From: a virus
Lineage: Duplodnaviria > Caudoviricetes
Reading direction: 5' to 3' (one strand)
IMG/VR virus record: IMGVR_UViG_3300048837_000354
Coordinates: 1-55,173 of that record
Length of the DNA stretch: 55,173 nt
The translations under genes were made by a program, and so were the position numbers. The notes under the pieces were generated by a model, which ran no database searches, had not been told where the DNA came from, and was given only the letters and a program-made list of their open reading frames with translations. Shown piece by piece: positions 1 through 8,959 of the stretch; within the stretch, counting starts at the first letter, position 1; each line of letters opens with the position of its first letter.

Positions 1-127
1 CCTTTGAGCGACAAAAGCCACGCCGCCTCACTGCCGACGAAGCCGTTGTTGACCGCGATCTGGTAGGCGCTGAGCCCATCCACGCCGTCCTCGCCGTCCG
101 CGCCTGCGTCGCCTTGATCGCCTTTGA
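1..127. repeat. Terminal direct repeat identical to 55047-55173 (probable assembly overlap of a circular contig)
   Basis: Exact 127-nt identity between the two ends. An ORF reads through the junction. Confidence 0.9.
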
Positions 128-239
128 TCGCCGGAGAGAGCAGTACACGAAATTGCGGCGACGGGTCCTTGTTGAGTATCACGACGCCGGCAGAGGTCGT
201 CAGCCGGACAGTGAACAACTTGGCGGAGAGAGTGATCAT
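1..239 (-). CDS. 5' part of collagen-repeat structural protein (continues across the junction into 55046-54947)
   Basis: ATG at 239 gives MITLSAKLFTV...KGDQGDAGADGEDGVDGLSAYQIAVNNGFVGSEAAWLLSLKG, in frame with the 54947..55129 ORF. Confidence 0.8.
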   Translation of the reverse strand, partial: MITLSAKLFTVRLTTSAGVVILNKDPSPQFRVLLSPAIKGDQGDAGADGEDGVDGLSAYQIAVNNGFVGSEAAWLLSLK

Positions 240-240
240 C

Positions 241-585
241 TCAGTCCTCCGTGACGCCGGGCACCGTGCGGAAGCCGAAGGTCTCCGTGCGGAACAGTTC
301 GCCCGTCGGAGTCTCGATGCGGATGTCCATCGCCAAGCCTTCGTTCACAGGCCAGTTGGCAGTGGTGGCCGCGTCGAATTTCAGGGAGAACGCGCCCTCG
401 GTTGCGTCCGTCCAGAGGATGTCTGCTTCGCCCAGGGACGGGCCGTACTCCTTGGTCGCCTCGTTGTAGAGACGAACCTGCGCGGTCAGGACGTAGTCGG
501 TGAAGTCGGTGATCCCGGTGCCGCTGATCACACCCAGCCAGGGGATGTCGTCTCCGGGTTTTACTCTCAATGCGGTTGCGCTCAC
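241..585 (-). CDS. Hypothetical virion-associated beta-rich protein
   Basis: 114 aa, phage-like codon usage, tightly packed in the late operon. Confidence 0.7.
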   Translation of the reverse strand: MSATALRVKPGDDIPWLGVISGTGITDFTDYVLTAQVRLYNEATKEYGPSLGEADILWTDATEGAFSLKFDAATTANWPVNEGLAMDIRIETPTGELFRTETFGFRTVPGVTED

Positions 586-606
586 GATGCGTGTCCTCGT
601 ATGTGG

Positions 607-966
607 TTACTGTTGGATCAGCCCTTTCTTCTCGGCGTCGTCCAAGCACGTGTGCTCGACCTCTCGCCAGCCGCGCAGCTTGTCCACGACGACCGCCGCC
701 GCCTCCACCCAGAGCGTGTTCTTCTCGCTCGGAACGCAGGCTTCCTTTTTGTCGATCGCGCCCGGAAGGGGCGGGTAACAGGTCACCCACTCGTCGGCGC
801 GCGGCAACGGCGGAAGCTTGGCGTCGTGCGGCTGCTTGCACCGCACTTCGCTAATCGTTCGCTCGATTGACGGCTTCGTCGAGTTGCTGCTGCACGCGCT
901 GGTCGAGAGGGTGAGCACAAGAACCAAAAGAAACGGGAGCACTCGTCGGGCGGTCACGGTAAACAT
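607..966 (-). CDS. o-spanin (outer-membrane lipoprotein)
   Basis: Signal peptide with lipobox TSAC, Pro/Cys-rich, overlaps the i-spanin 3' end. Confidence 0.8.
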   Translation of the reverse strand: MFTVTARRVLPFLLVLVLTLSTSACSSNSTKPSIERTISEVRCKQPHDAKLPPLPRADEWVTCYPPLPGAIDKKEACVPSEKNTLWVEAAAVVVDKLRGWREVEHTCLDDAEKKGLIQQ

Positions 967-1258
967 AGCGAATTACCTCGGTAGTTTTTTCGGATTCGGC
1001 ATCCGATTCGTCGTTGATTCGAGTAGCGGCGTCGGCTGCTGCTTTGGCGATGTCCGATGCTGCTTTGTTGAGTTCTTCGTTCTCTTTGGATTGCTCCACG
1101 TTCGCCTCGGCGACCGCGTCTCGGTGCTCCTGCTGGCAGAGATCGTAGCCGACGCCCGTGTAGTGGGACGAGAACGCCCACCAGCACGCGGCGATGATGA
1201 TCAGCGCGACAAGCGCCTGACCGAGTTTCGTGTTGAACAACCATGCAAGCACAGCCAT
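851..1258 (-). CDS. i-spanin
   Basis: N-terminal TM helix, Ala-rich coiled coil, directly after the endolysin. Confidence 0.8.
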   Translation of the reverse strand: MAVLAWLFNTKLGQALVALIIIAACWWAFSSHYTGVGYDLCQQEHRDAVAEANVEQSKENEELNKAASDIAKAAADAATRINDESDAESEKTTEVIRYVYRDRPTSAPVSFGSCAHPLDQRVQQQLDEAVNRAND

Positions 1259-1266
1259 GTCGCCTC

Positions 1267-2172
1267 CTATTGCATTTCGGCCGTGAGAGCTTCCGCTTCA
1301 CGACGTGCGGCCAATCCGCGTTCATTCACCGTGCCGCGCCAGAGGCGCACCATCGCGCGAAGCTTAGCCGCGACACACGGGCCAGGGTTATACAGGTTGA
1401 TGCACTCGTCCTTGATCTCCTTCATCTCTCGCCGAGAGTCACCGACCATCGACGCGCCCCGATTGTAGACCAGGGACACGAGCGCCGCTCTGACGTACTT
1501 ATTGAGAAGCAGATAGCCGGGGCCGAAGGCGCGGGCGGCCAAGCGGTCGTAGTAGAGCAGCGTCCGGGTCTCGAAGACCACGAGGCAGTCGTCGTAGGGC
1601 GTTGTCACGTCCTGCAGGCCGGGGATCAGCTTGCCAGCCGCCGCGCCGCGGACTCCGGCGGTGCCCGCCAGGCGGTCCACGTGAGGGTGGCTGGCCCAGT
1701 CGTCCACGATCACAGCCCGCGTCTGGTGCCCGCCGTCATACCCGACGCACCAGGTCACCCCGGACGCGCCCTTGGGCCAGATGGGGGCCTTGAGCCGCTT
1801 CTCGTAGTAGGCCGGGCTGCTGATCTCCCACCGGACGATCAGGGCCGCCGCAATGGGCATCCACGGCTCTATCGACGGCGGGGGCGCGGCCACCGGAGCT
1901 ATCGACGGCGGGGGCGCGGCCACCGGAGCTATCACCGCCGATACGGCCGCCTGCGCAGCCGCAAGCGGTTCTGCCACGATTACGGCCGCCTGCTCGACCG
2001 CCTGAGGGAGGGGCTGGGCCGCCGTGACCGCTTCCTCGACCGAGACCGGGGCCAGGGCCGGGAGATCGGCGGGGGCCCCGACCGCCGGCTGATCGACCGG
2101 CGGGATGGCCGCCGGCCGCTCGCAGCCCGTGAGGGCCAGCGCGATCCCGAGGAACCACGCCAGGCGCTTCAT
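1267..2172 (-). CDS. Endolysin (lysozyme-like) with N-terminal lipoprotein signal and Pro/Ala linker
   Basis: ATG at 2172 overlaps the upstream stop (ATGA). Starts MKRLAWFLGIALALTGC. C-terminal domain has WE...GVTWCVGYD, ALVSLVYNRG and GLAARREAEA, typical of phage lysozymes. Confidence 0.8.
   Translation of the reverse strand: MKRLAWFLGIALALTGCERPAAIPPVDQPAVGAPADLPALAPVSVEEAVTAAQPLPQAVEQAAVIVAEPLAAAQAAVSAVIAPVAAPPPSIAPVAAPPPSIEPWMPIAAALIVRWEISSPAYYEKRLKAPIWPKGASGVTWCVGYDGGHQTRAVIVDDWASHPHVDRLAGTAGVRGAAAGKLIPGLQDVTTPYDDCLVVFETRTLLYYDRLAARAFGPGYLLLNKYVRAALVSLVYNRGASMVGDSRREMKEIKDECINLYNPGPCVAAKLRAMVRLWRGTVNERGLAARREAEALTAEMQ
1869..1933. repeat. 30-bp tandem repeat (2 copies plus partial) in the endolysin linker
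   Basis: CTATCGACGGCGGGGGCGCGGCCACCGGAG twice, encoding APVAAPPPSI. Confidence 0.95.
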
Positions 2173-2567
2173 CGGGTCAGCCAGTAGGTGACGAAGGCCA
2201 GGATCACGGCCCACTCGATCCTGTCGAAGGCCCGGAGCCAGAAGGCGTGACGGTCTCCCCCCTTGGCCGCGATGAAGAGGTCCAGTTCGGTCCGCGAGTG
2301 GATGTCGAACAGCGCCCGCTTCTTGAACCACCACGAGAACGCGACGATCAGGAACGCGCGTACGAGGTTGAGCATGTAGCCGAAGAGGTCACCGAAGCCT
2401 TCCACGCCGATGCGAGAGTCCAGCGCCTTGAGCGTGACGTAGACGACGAACATCGCCATCACGATCAGCGGCAGTTGCAGCAGCCACACCTGGTTGCTGC
2501 GCCAGAACTCCCACGCGCGAACGCGAAGCGGAAGATCAGTTTGGGGATTCGCTTTTTCCGTCGACAT
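2169..2567 (-). CDS. Putative holin or lysis membrane protein
   Basis: 132 aa, about 3 hydrophobic segments, directly upstream of the endolysin. Confidence 0.6.
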   Translation of the reverse strand: MSTEKANPQTDLPLRVRAWEFWRSNQVWLLQLPLIVMAMFVVYVTLKALDSRIGVEGFGDLFGYMLNLVRAFLIVAFSWWFKKRALFDIHSRTELDLFIAAKGGDRHAFWLRAFDRIEWAVILAFVTYWLTR

Positions 2568-3258
2568 CGTCGTTCCTTTTGTCGGAATTGGAAGGAGCCG
2601 GCAGGCGACCGCCGCGTGCCAGGTAGAGCCTGATCTCGGCCAGTTCGCGCGCGTGGCTTGCGGTCTGGACTTCGAGACTCTTGGTGTCTTTCTCGTTGTC
2701 GTTGAAGCGGTAGTTCAGGTGGTACAGGAACCCGGTGCCGATCATCGCCGCGAGCACGCCGACGCCCGCGCCCCATCCGGTCCAGCGGATCAGCTTCTCG
2801 CGCAGACGGCGGACTTCGACATCCTTGATGTTGCTGATGTCCTTGCGGAGGTCACGAGTGGTGTTCTCGTTGTCAGCCTCGTGCTCCCGCCAGCGCGCGT
2901 CACGGTCCGTCGTGAAAACGTCCCACTTGCGGTCCTGGTCTTTCGCGAAGTCCTTGAACAGTTGCTCCATGCGGAGGCTAACCGTGTCTATCTGCCGACG
3001 CATCACGTCCAGGGTCTCTTTGTTCTGTGCATGGTCCGCCTGGAAAGCCGCCAGTCGTTCGACCGCGTTCATCACACGGTGGACTTCGGACTGCGTCCCC
3101 TCGATGGCCGTGCGCATGCCCTGCAGACCGTTGGTGATCTGCAGCGCGAGCACGTCTTGCCGACCGCTCAATTCCGCCATGCGTACTGCCTGTGCGGAAA
3201 GATCGTTCACTGTCTTGTCGGTCACTCGCCTTCCTTTGTTTTCGGAGTCGTTGGGCAT
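2536..3258 (-). CDS. Coiled-coil protein with C-terminal TM helix (lysis-associated, function unknown)
   Basis: 240 aa helical protein, TM segment WTGWGAGVGVLAAMIGTGFLY. Confidence 0.7.
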   Translation of the reverse strand: MPNDSENKGRRVTDKTVNDLSAQAVRMAELSGRQDVLALQITNGLQGMRTAIEGTQSEVHRVMNAVERLAAFQADHAQNKETLDVMRRQIDTVSLRMEQLFKDFAKDQDRKWDVFTTDRDARWREHEADNENTTRDLRKDISNIKDVEVRRLREKLIRWTGWGAGVGVLAAMIGTGFLYHLNYRFNDNEKDTKSLEVQTASHARELAEIRLYLARGGRLPAPSNSDKRNDDVDGKSESPN

Positions 3259-3270
3259 TGAGGGCTCCTG

Positions 3271-4506
3271 TCAGGCCCAGTTAGCAGCGGTGAAACCTGA
3301 CGGCGGCGTACCCGTGGTGCTGCCGGCATCTACGTGCAGCGCAACTTGACGACCAGATGGCCCACTGGTGGAAATCCAACCCACCGGGTATATCGCTCCG
3401 GAGCCGCTGAGAGTGACCGTCGGGCTAGTGCCTGCGGCCGGATCACCGCCACCCGCCCACGCCTGCCCATTCTGGCGAATCCAGACCTTGCGCGTGCTCA
3501 CATCGACCGCGAACTCGATGTTGACCGGGTCGTTGGTGATCGTGCCCGGAAGCGTGCCGACGCTTCCGGCATTGTGGAACATAGAACCGTTGGGGCAACC
3601 AACTTCGACACCCATGTTGTCGTAGCCAGGGTAGTTGTTGCTGTTGCGGAGATCGGAGGTCTCGTCGGCGACGCCCGCGCCCGCGACCGATCCCGAACCA
3701 TTCCAGTCTACGGACATGGAGAAGTAGCACAGCCCGGCACAAGGCTTGAGGGCGCGGGCGTTTGCGTAGTTGCCGATACTGGCGAACGACTCGACCGCGT
3801 TGTCAGCGGGGTAGTAGCACGCCAGCGTGCAGTAGTACGGGTCGAGCACCTGAACGTCCGGGTCTATCTCGGGGAAGCCGGCAGTGAATCCCGATGCCGC
3901 CGAGTAGTCATGCTCCGCCGGGTCCGTCCGCAGGCGGACAGCGCCTCCCGAAGCAGAATTGCCGTAAGGGTTCGCAGCAAGACACATCGGGATGTTTGGC
4001 GAGAAGGTGATCATGGCTCCTGTTCCTGCTGCCGGATCGCCGGAGATCGCCGTGCCGTTCTTAGCGAACCACGCCTTGCCGGCGTCGTAGTCGATGTGCA
4101 TACCAACGACATCGCCGGTCGTGTAGGGAGTCGGCGGGGTCCAAGAGTTAATCGCGGACCCTAGGTGGAACGCGCGCACTTGACTGCTGTAGTTTCCGAA
4201 CAACGAGAAACTATACATACCTGCGCCAAGGTACGGCGCGATGGCCGCGACTCGCGATGCGAATCCGACACCCAGGCTGTTGACGAAATTCTCGATGACG
4301 AACTCGACGTACCACTTGCCTCGTGCGCGCGCCGTGATCGACCGCAGAGGCGCGACCGCGACTCCGGTGCCCGTAGCTACCTTGTCAGAGTCGGACAGCG
4401 TGATGCCTGCCGGCTTGTCGGTCGGGCTCCAATACGCGTACGAGCCTCCGGGCCCCGGACCGGGGGCCACGACACCTACTCCTGCGAACATGCCCAGCGG
4501 GATCAC
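3271..4506 (-). CDS. Putative receptor-binding or tail protein with tandem SPRY/ConA-like domains
   Basis: GTG at 4506 overlaps the upstream stop. SPRY-like motifs GKWYVEF and GDVVGMHIDYDAGKAWFAKNG. GDPAAGT occurs twice. Confidence 0.7.
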   Translation of the reverse strand: MIPLGMFAGVGVVAPGPGPGGSYAYWSPTDKPAGITLSDSDKVATGTGVAVAPLRSITARARGKWYVEFVIENFVNSLGVGFASRVAAIAPYLGAGMYSFSLFGNYSSQVRAFHLGSAINSWTPPTPYTTGDVVGMHIDYDAGKAWFAKNGTAISGDPAAGTGAMITFSPNIPMCLAANPYGNSASGGAVRLRTDPAEHDYSAASGFTAGFPEIDPDVQVLDPYYCTLACYYPADNAVESFASIGNYANARALKPCAGLCYFSMSVDWNGSGSVAGAGVADETSDLRNSNNYPGYDNMGVEVGCPNGSMFHNAGSVGTLPGTITNDPVNIEFAVDVSTRKVWIRQNGQAWAGGGDPAAGTSPTVTLSGSGAIYPVGWISTSGPSGRQVALHVDAGSTTGTPPSGFTAANWA

Positions 4507-4964
4507 GGCGCAGGCTCCATGCGGCCAACGAGCAGCCATTCGTCCGCCGCGACCTGCAGCAGGGAACACGCGGCGTACTGCTCCGCCAGCCCGAGGGTGT
4601 CGGTCGCCGGGTAACGGATCGAGACCGCGCCGTCTTCCGGCGCGATGCTCGTCTGCCCTGCGCCGAACTGCGCCAGGTCGACACGGTAGCCGACGGGAAG
4701 CGCCGTGGTGGCGTTCTTCGGGATGGTGACCATGTTGGCGCTGCCGTTGTTCATGGCCACCATCTTGAACGCGTCTGACAGCGAGAGCGTGTAACTCGTG
4801 CCAGTCTGCACGTTGATTCGGTACAGCAGCGCGAAGAACCGCAGCAGCAACAGCGTGATCTTGCCACTCGTGTTGGTCGGCGTCGTACCCTGCTCGACCT
4901 CCATCAAGTCTGTGTCGTCGAGCGCCGCTGCGTCGGTGAGGTCGGAAATCAGATCGTCAGCCAT
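4503..4964 (-). CDS. Tail fibre-associated or adaptor protein
   Basis: 153 aa; INVQTGTSYTLSLSD...VTIP motif seen in phage tail fibre proteins; position after the tail tip gene. Confidence 0.65.
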   Translation of the reverse strand: MADDLISDLTDAAALDDTDLMEVEQGTTPTNTSGKITLLLLRFFALLYRINVQTGTSYTLSLSDAFKMVAMNNGSANMVTIPKNATTALPVGYRVDLAQFGAGQTSIAPEDGAVSIRYPATDTLGLAEQYAACSLLQVAADEWLLVGRMEPAP

Positions 4965-4969
4965 GACTT

Positions 4970-7681
4970 TTAATCCTTGGTAGCGCGAGTGTTACCGCCA
5001 ACGACGATGCGGCGATTGCCGCCAACGACGATGCGGGTGTCGTGAGGTTCTACCACGTAGTTGAATTCCGCCACGGCCGCTTGCCAGCTAAGCAGGCCGT
5101 CGCGTTCGCTTTCTACTTCGACTCTTGCGACGCCATCGCCGCCCAACGTGAATGGTGTCCCCGACGTGCCGACGATGCCGAGTTCTTCGGCCTCGAAAAC
5201 GTCGTCGAGGTAGTATCGCAGGTTGTAGACGGTCCCATCTTCCGGGCCAACGTCGCTGTCACCTTCGGGGACCAACTGGTCTGCCTGCAGCAAGCGGTCG
5301 CGGTGCGCCCAGGTCACGGTAAGTTCGCCCTGCGCGCTGGCCGGATAAGCGGCGTCGGTGTCGACGGCGTCGGTGATGCGCAGCTTGCCCGGCGGGTACG
5401 GCCGCGCTTGCCGCGAGTCCATCTCCACCAGTACGGTCGGGGCCGAAGCCTCGGCAAGCTGATCCGCGCCTGTGCGAGTGAGCGCCTTGGCTTGGATTTC
5501 TTCGCCGGTCGCATACTCTTTGTTGTCGGTGCCGTACCAGTCGCCGATGAACCAAATGCGCTCACCGTCCGCATGGTCTTTCGGCGTGGTGTCGCCGCAG
5601 CCGCGAGCCAGCGTCATCGTATCCGCGTCGGTGTCGATGGCATCGACGCGAACGATCTCGTCGCCCCAGAGCGCCCAGGTGCCCAAGACCACGTTCTCAA
5701 GCTGGACACCATTGGTGTACGCGATCACGGTCTCCGGCACGTCGAACAGGGGCGACGCCGCCAGTAGAGCAGAAGGCGTCCAGTCGGCGTTGCCTGAGAC
5801 CTCGAAGGGGTTGCCCGAGATAGCCGTTGCCAAGCCGTAGTTGATGCTGCCGGCAGGGCGCACGGCACCGACTTGCAGGTACGCCGAATCTTCGGTAAGC
5901 GCATCACGGTCCGCAGACGAAAGCGCCGACGCCAACTCCACGTACGGGGACTCGATGGCGATGGTCTCCGGCGACGCGATAGCCCCGCCGTTCGGCGGAT
6001 CATCCAGGCTGTCTTGCGGCGTGACGAAGACGGCGTCGGCAAGCGAGATCACGTCCTGCATCGCGCTGATCTGGATCGCGCCATTGGCGAAGTTGCCGAA
6101 GTTGATCTCGCTGACGATGCACACCATGTCCGCGAATCCGCGCTTGGGTGCCATCAACCGGAAGTAGCGACCGGGGCGACGCAGCGACAGCGCGCGTCGA
6201 TTGGCGAGAATTTGGAACCGCCAGTAAGGGGACGCCCCCGCACGCAAGTCGCGGTCGGCCACGCGCAGGGCCAACGGCTCGTACGGAATCTCGTAGTATT
6301 CGCGCACTTCGGGGATGACGCCGCCCGCGCTCTCGATAGCCCCGAGGGACTGTACAGGCGTGGTGACGCGAGACTCAACCTTCTCCGGGTCGTACCAGGC
6401 CACCGACAGGTGATTGATCGCGCCGGTAAGGTCGTTAGCCTCGGCCCTGAACTCGTAGATGTCATCATCGGTGATGATCGGGAGGTCGTCGAGTATGTAG
6501 TCGCCGCGCAGCATGTCGATGTAATACTCGCCATCGAGCACGTCCTGCGACACGTTCCAACCGACGACGTTGCAGATGCGTTGCTGGAACTGCTCTGCAC
6601 TCTCTCCGCCGCGCCAGGTGGTGCAGAGTCCGAAGCCTTCGCTGTACGCCTGGTCCGCCGCTGCCTCGAAGCTGGCCTCGTTGATCCGACCGACGGGTTC
6701 GCCCATGCCGCCGTTCTCTTTGCGCGACGTGATCGAGTCGTAAAGGATGTGCGCCGGATTGATGCCGATCAGTTCGTTCGACAGCGTACCCGCCGTACGG
6801 AGTTCAGCCGTGCAGGTAAACGTGTTAGGCCGTGCATCGTCGATCATGGCGACGTAGCACTTCGTGGTGACCGCCGGCTCGCTGGTGCCTCGATCATACG
6901 TCTGCGACGGAAGCCCATCGAAGATGGGGCCGATCAGGTCGGACCGCCCCAGTGCGAAGAGCAGCGCATCTAGCGCCGACTGGTCGGCCGGAAGACCGTA
7001 CCAGCCGGAGTCCCACACGGGGGCTCCGTCGACCGAGAAGATGTGGCGGCGCGGATAGGTGGAGTCTTCGTACGTCTCGGGCAGCGGCAGAGTGACGAAC
7101 AGCAAGAACGGGTGGCCGTCGAAGTCTCCCCAGTCGAAGACGAAGAACGAGTTGTCGTATTCCTGCAACGACGGGACAGACGCACCACCGTTTGCGCCAC
7201 CGTTCTGGCCGATGTAAAGGCTGTCGTCACCAGGCGTTCCGCTCAGCGTGATCGCCGCCTTCTCGGGATACCAACACACGTCATCGTCCCAACCTTTCAG
7301 GATGCGACGGAACTTCCACGACATCGCTTTCGGGTACGGGTTTCCCGCGCCGATCTTCGCGCCGCGCAGGATGCCAGTGAGCTTGCCGCGATTGGCCGAC
7401 TGCAGCGCGCCGAAGATGCCGGCGAGATAGCTGCTCGGCATCTGGGTCTGCTCGCCCATCAAAAGCTCGAAGTCACCGACGACGCCGCCTTCCGCGCTTT
7501 CGCCGCCATAGAGATCGGGCTTGTTGACGGAGATGATCCCGCTAGTCTCCTGCACGCCTTTCCAGATTACGCGGTCTCCGCCTCGCCATTCGAGCATCGC
7601 GTCGACCGGGCCCTTCGCGAATCCGAAGTGCGCGACAAGCTTGTACCAGTAGCTTACGGTTACTTTCTTAGAGCTTCCCAT
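4970..7681 (-). CDS. Tail tip / central tail hub protein
   Basis: About 903 aa from MGSSKKVTV; NPAHILYD and ARGCGDT motifs; synteny after the DUF2163-like gene. Confidence 0.8.
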   Translation of the reverse strand: MGSSKKVTVSYWYKLVAHFGFAKGPVDAMLEWRGGDRVIWKGVQETSGIISVNKPDLYGGESAEGGVVGDFELLMGEQTQMPSSYLAGIFGALQSANRGKLTGILRGAKIGAGNPYPKAMSWKFRRILKGWDDDVCWYPEKAAITLSGTPGDDSLYIGQNGGANGGASVPSLQEYDNSFFVFDWGDFDGHPFLLFVTLPLPETYEDSTYPRRHIFSVDGAPVWDSGWYGLPADQSALDALLFALGRSDLIGPIFDGLPSQTYDRGTSEPAVTTKCYVAMIDDARPNTFTCTAELRTAGTLSNELIGINPAHILYDSITSRKENGGMGEPVGRINEASFEAAADQAYSEGFGLCTTWRGGESAEQFQQRICNVVGWNVSQDVLDGEYYIDMLRGDYILDDLPIITDDDIYEFRAEANDLTGAINHLSVAWYDPEKVESRVTTPVQSLGAIESAGGVIPEVREYYEIPYEPLALRVADRDLRAGASPYWRFQILANRRALSLRRPGRYFRLMAPKRGFADMVCIVSEINFGNFANGAIQISAMQDVISLADAVFVTPQDSLDDPPNGGAIASPETIAIESPYVELASALSSADRDALTEDSAYLQVGAVRPAGSINYGLATAISGNPFEVSGNADWTPSALLAASPLFDVPETVIAYTNGVQLENVVLGTWALWGDEIVRVDAIDTDADTMTLARGCGDTTPKDHADGERIWFIGDWYGTDNKEYATGEEIQAKALTRTGADQLAEASAPTVLVEMDSRQARPYPPGKLRITDAVDTDAAYPASAQGELTVTWAHRDRLLQADQLVPEGDSDVGPEDGTVYNLRYYLDDVFEAEELGIVGTSGTPFTLGGDGVARVEVESERDGLLSWQAAVAEFNYVVEPHDTRIVVGGNRRIVVGGNTRATKD

Positions 7682-7874
7682 GCGCTTGCTCCACGACTGC
7701 AACGGCAAACGCATCCCCGGTCGACAGCAGCACTTCTTCGTCGATGCCGTTCTTGAGGAAGTCGGAGTAGTCCAGGTTGTACTTCTTGAACCAGGCGCGC
7801 GTACCGCGAGCGCACAGGCCGACGCGGCGCGAGAAGCCGGTAGTCTTGCGCACGTGTTGCATGGTGATGATCAC
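7668..7874 (-). CDS. Small tail assembly protein
   Basis: GTG overlapping the upstream stop; GLCARGTRAWFKKYNLDYSDFLKNGI motif of small tail proteins in such clusters. Confidence 0.7.
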   Translation of the reverse strand: MIITMQHVRKTTGFSRRVGLCARGTRAWFKKYNLDYSDFLKNGIDEEVLLSTGDAFAVAVVEQAHGKL

Positions 7875-8110
7875 TTCTTGCCCCCCTTCCGGATCGGCAC
7901 AGGGGGCAACGGCTTCCACGCGAGGACCTGCGAATCGGGCACCCAGACCGTCCCGTAAATCTTTCGGATGATCGTGCCGTCGGCCGCCTCGGGCACACGG
8001 CCCTCCTGGGGCTTCGCACCTTCGCCGCCAGGGCGCGGCGCGAGCAGAGACGAGACGACGGAGAGCGCGACCGCCCAGAGTGCTTGCACGAGCCATACGG
8101 GCCAGACCAT
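7871..8110 (-). CDS. Small tail assembly protein
   Basis: 79 aa, hydrophobic N-terminus, IYGTVWV motif. Confidence 0.7.
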   Translation of the reverse strand: MVWPVWLVQALWAVALSVVSSLLAPRPGGEGAKPQEGRVPEAADGTIIRKIYGTVWVPDSQVLAWKPLPPVPIRKGGKK

Positions 8111-8119
8111 GACGTGTCC

Positions 8120-8947
8120 TCAGAAGACCGGGTTGCCGTTGAAGGGGGACCGCTCCGGCGAGTAGAGATCACCGCCGTAGTTCGGGAGATTGTCGTGGAA
8201 CTCGTCACAGTCTGTCGCGTCGTGACGGCAACCGGGGTACGCGGTGACCACCACGCCCGGTGGGAACGTCGCGCCGTAGAACAGCGTCACGGTCGTTCCG
8301 GACTGCGAGACGATGGTGCGGCGGTCCAGCCAACCTTCGGCGGTCATCCACTCGACGTAGCCGCCTGCAAGCTTGCTGCCGGTTGCGTAGACGCTGAACT
8401 CGGCCACGGTGATGTTGCGACCGGACTGCGCCGTGATCTCGCCCTCGACCTTCTTGCTGTCCTTGTCCGCGTTGCACAGACCGTCGCCCTGTTTGTAGAG
8501 GACGTGCGGGCAACCGCGCTGCCAGCATTGAGCCAGTCCGGACCTCTCGGCCGTGGTCGTCGTGGGCTCGCCCTGGAACAGGACTTCGGACGCCGTGATC
8601 GGCGCAGCGACGATGCGGCCGATCCAGCAGACGATGGAATCTGTCTCGCCGTCGTGCGACTCGTAGATCGTCAACCCGATGGTCGCGGTCGGCGGGTAAG
8701 GCCGCCAGTTGTCCATCACGGAGATGTCGACCGGGGCCGACACTTCGAGCGTCAGCTTGTTGCGCTCGATGCCGCGCTGCAGATCGCCGTGGGAGATCGG
8801 AGCCGGGAGCCAGTCGAGCCCGTCACCGTCTCGCTCACGAAGTCGGTCGGAAGAGTTGTAGCGCCAGTGCGTCGTGCCGCGAACGAAGTCGTAGTAGAAG
8901 ATCGGATCGCCGTCTTCCCAACTCTGGCTGCGATCAATCGACGACAT
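8120..8947 (-). CDS. DUF2163/BR0599-like tail protein
   Basis: CPHVLY...C and YPGCRH...C...NLPNYGG Cys motifs. Confidence 0.8.
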   Translation of the reverse strand: MSSIDRSQSWEDGDPIFYYDFVRGTTHWRYNSSDRLRERDGDGLDWLPAPISHGDLQRGIERNKLTLEVSAPVDISVMDNWRPYPPTATIGLTIYESHDGETDSIVCWIGRIVAAPITASEVLFQGEPTTTTAERSGLAQCWQRGCPHVLYKQGDGLCNADKDSKKVEGEITAQSGRNITVAEFSVYATGSKLAGGYVEWMTAEGWLDRRTIVSQSGTTVTLFYGATFPPGVVVTAYPGCRHDATDCDEFHDNLPNYGGDLYSPERSPFNGNPVF

Positions 8948-8959
8948 GCGGAGACTCCG

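Noticed and set aside
2173-2334. Longer endolysin start at 2334
   Set aside because: Overlaps the holin-like gene by over 160 nt. ATG 2172 is coupled to the upstream stop and starts a clean signal peptide.
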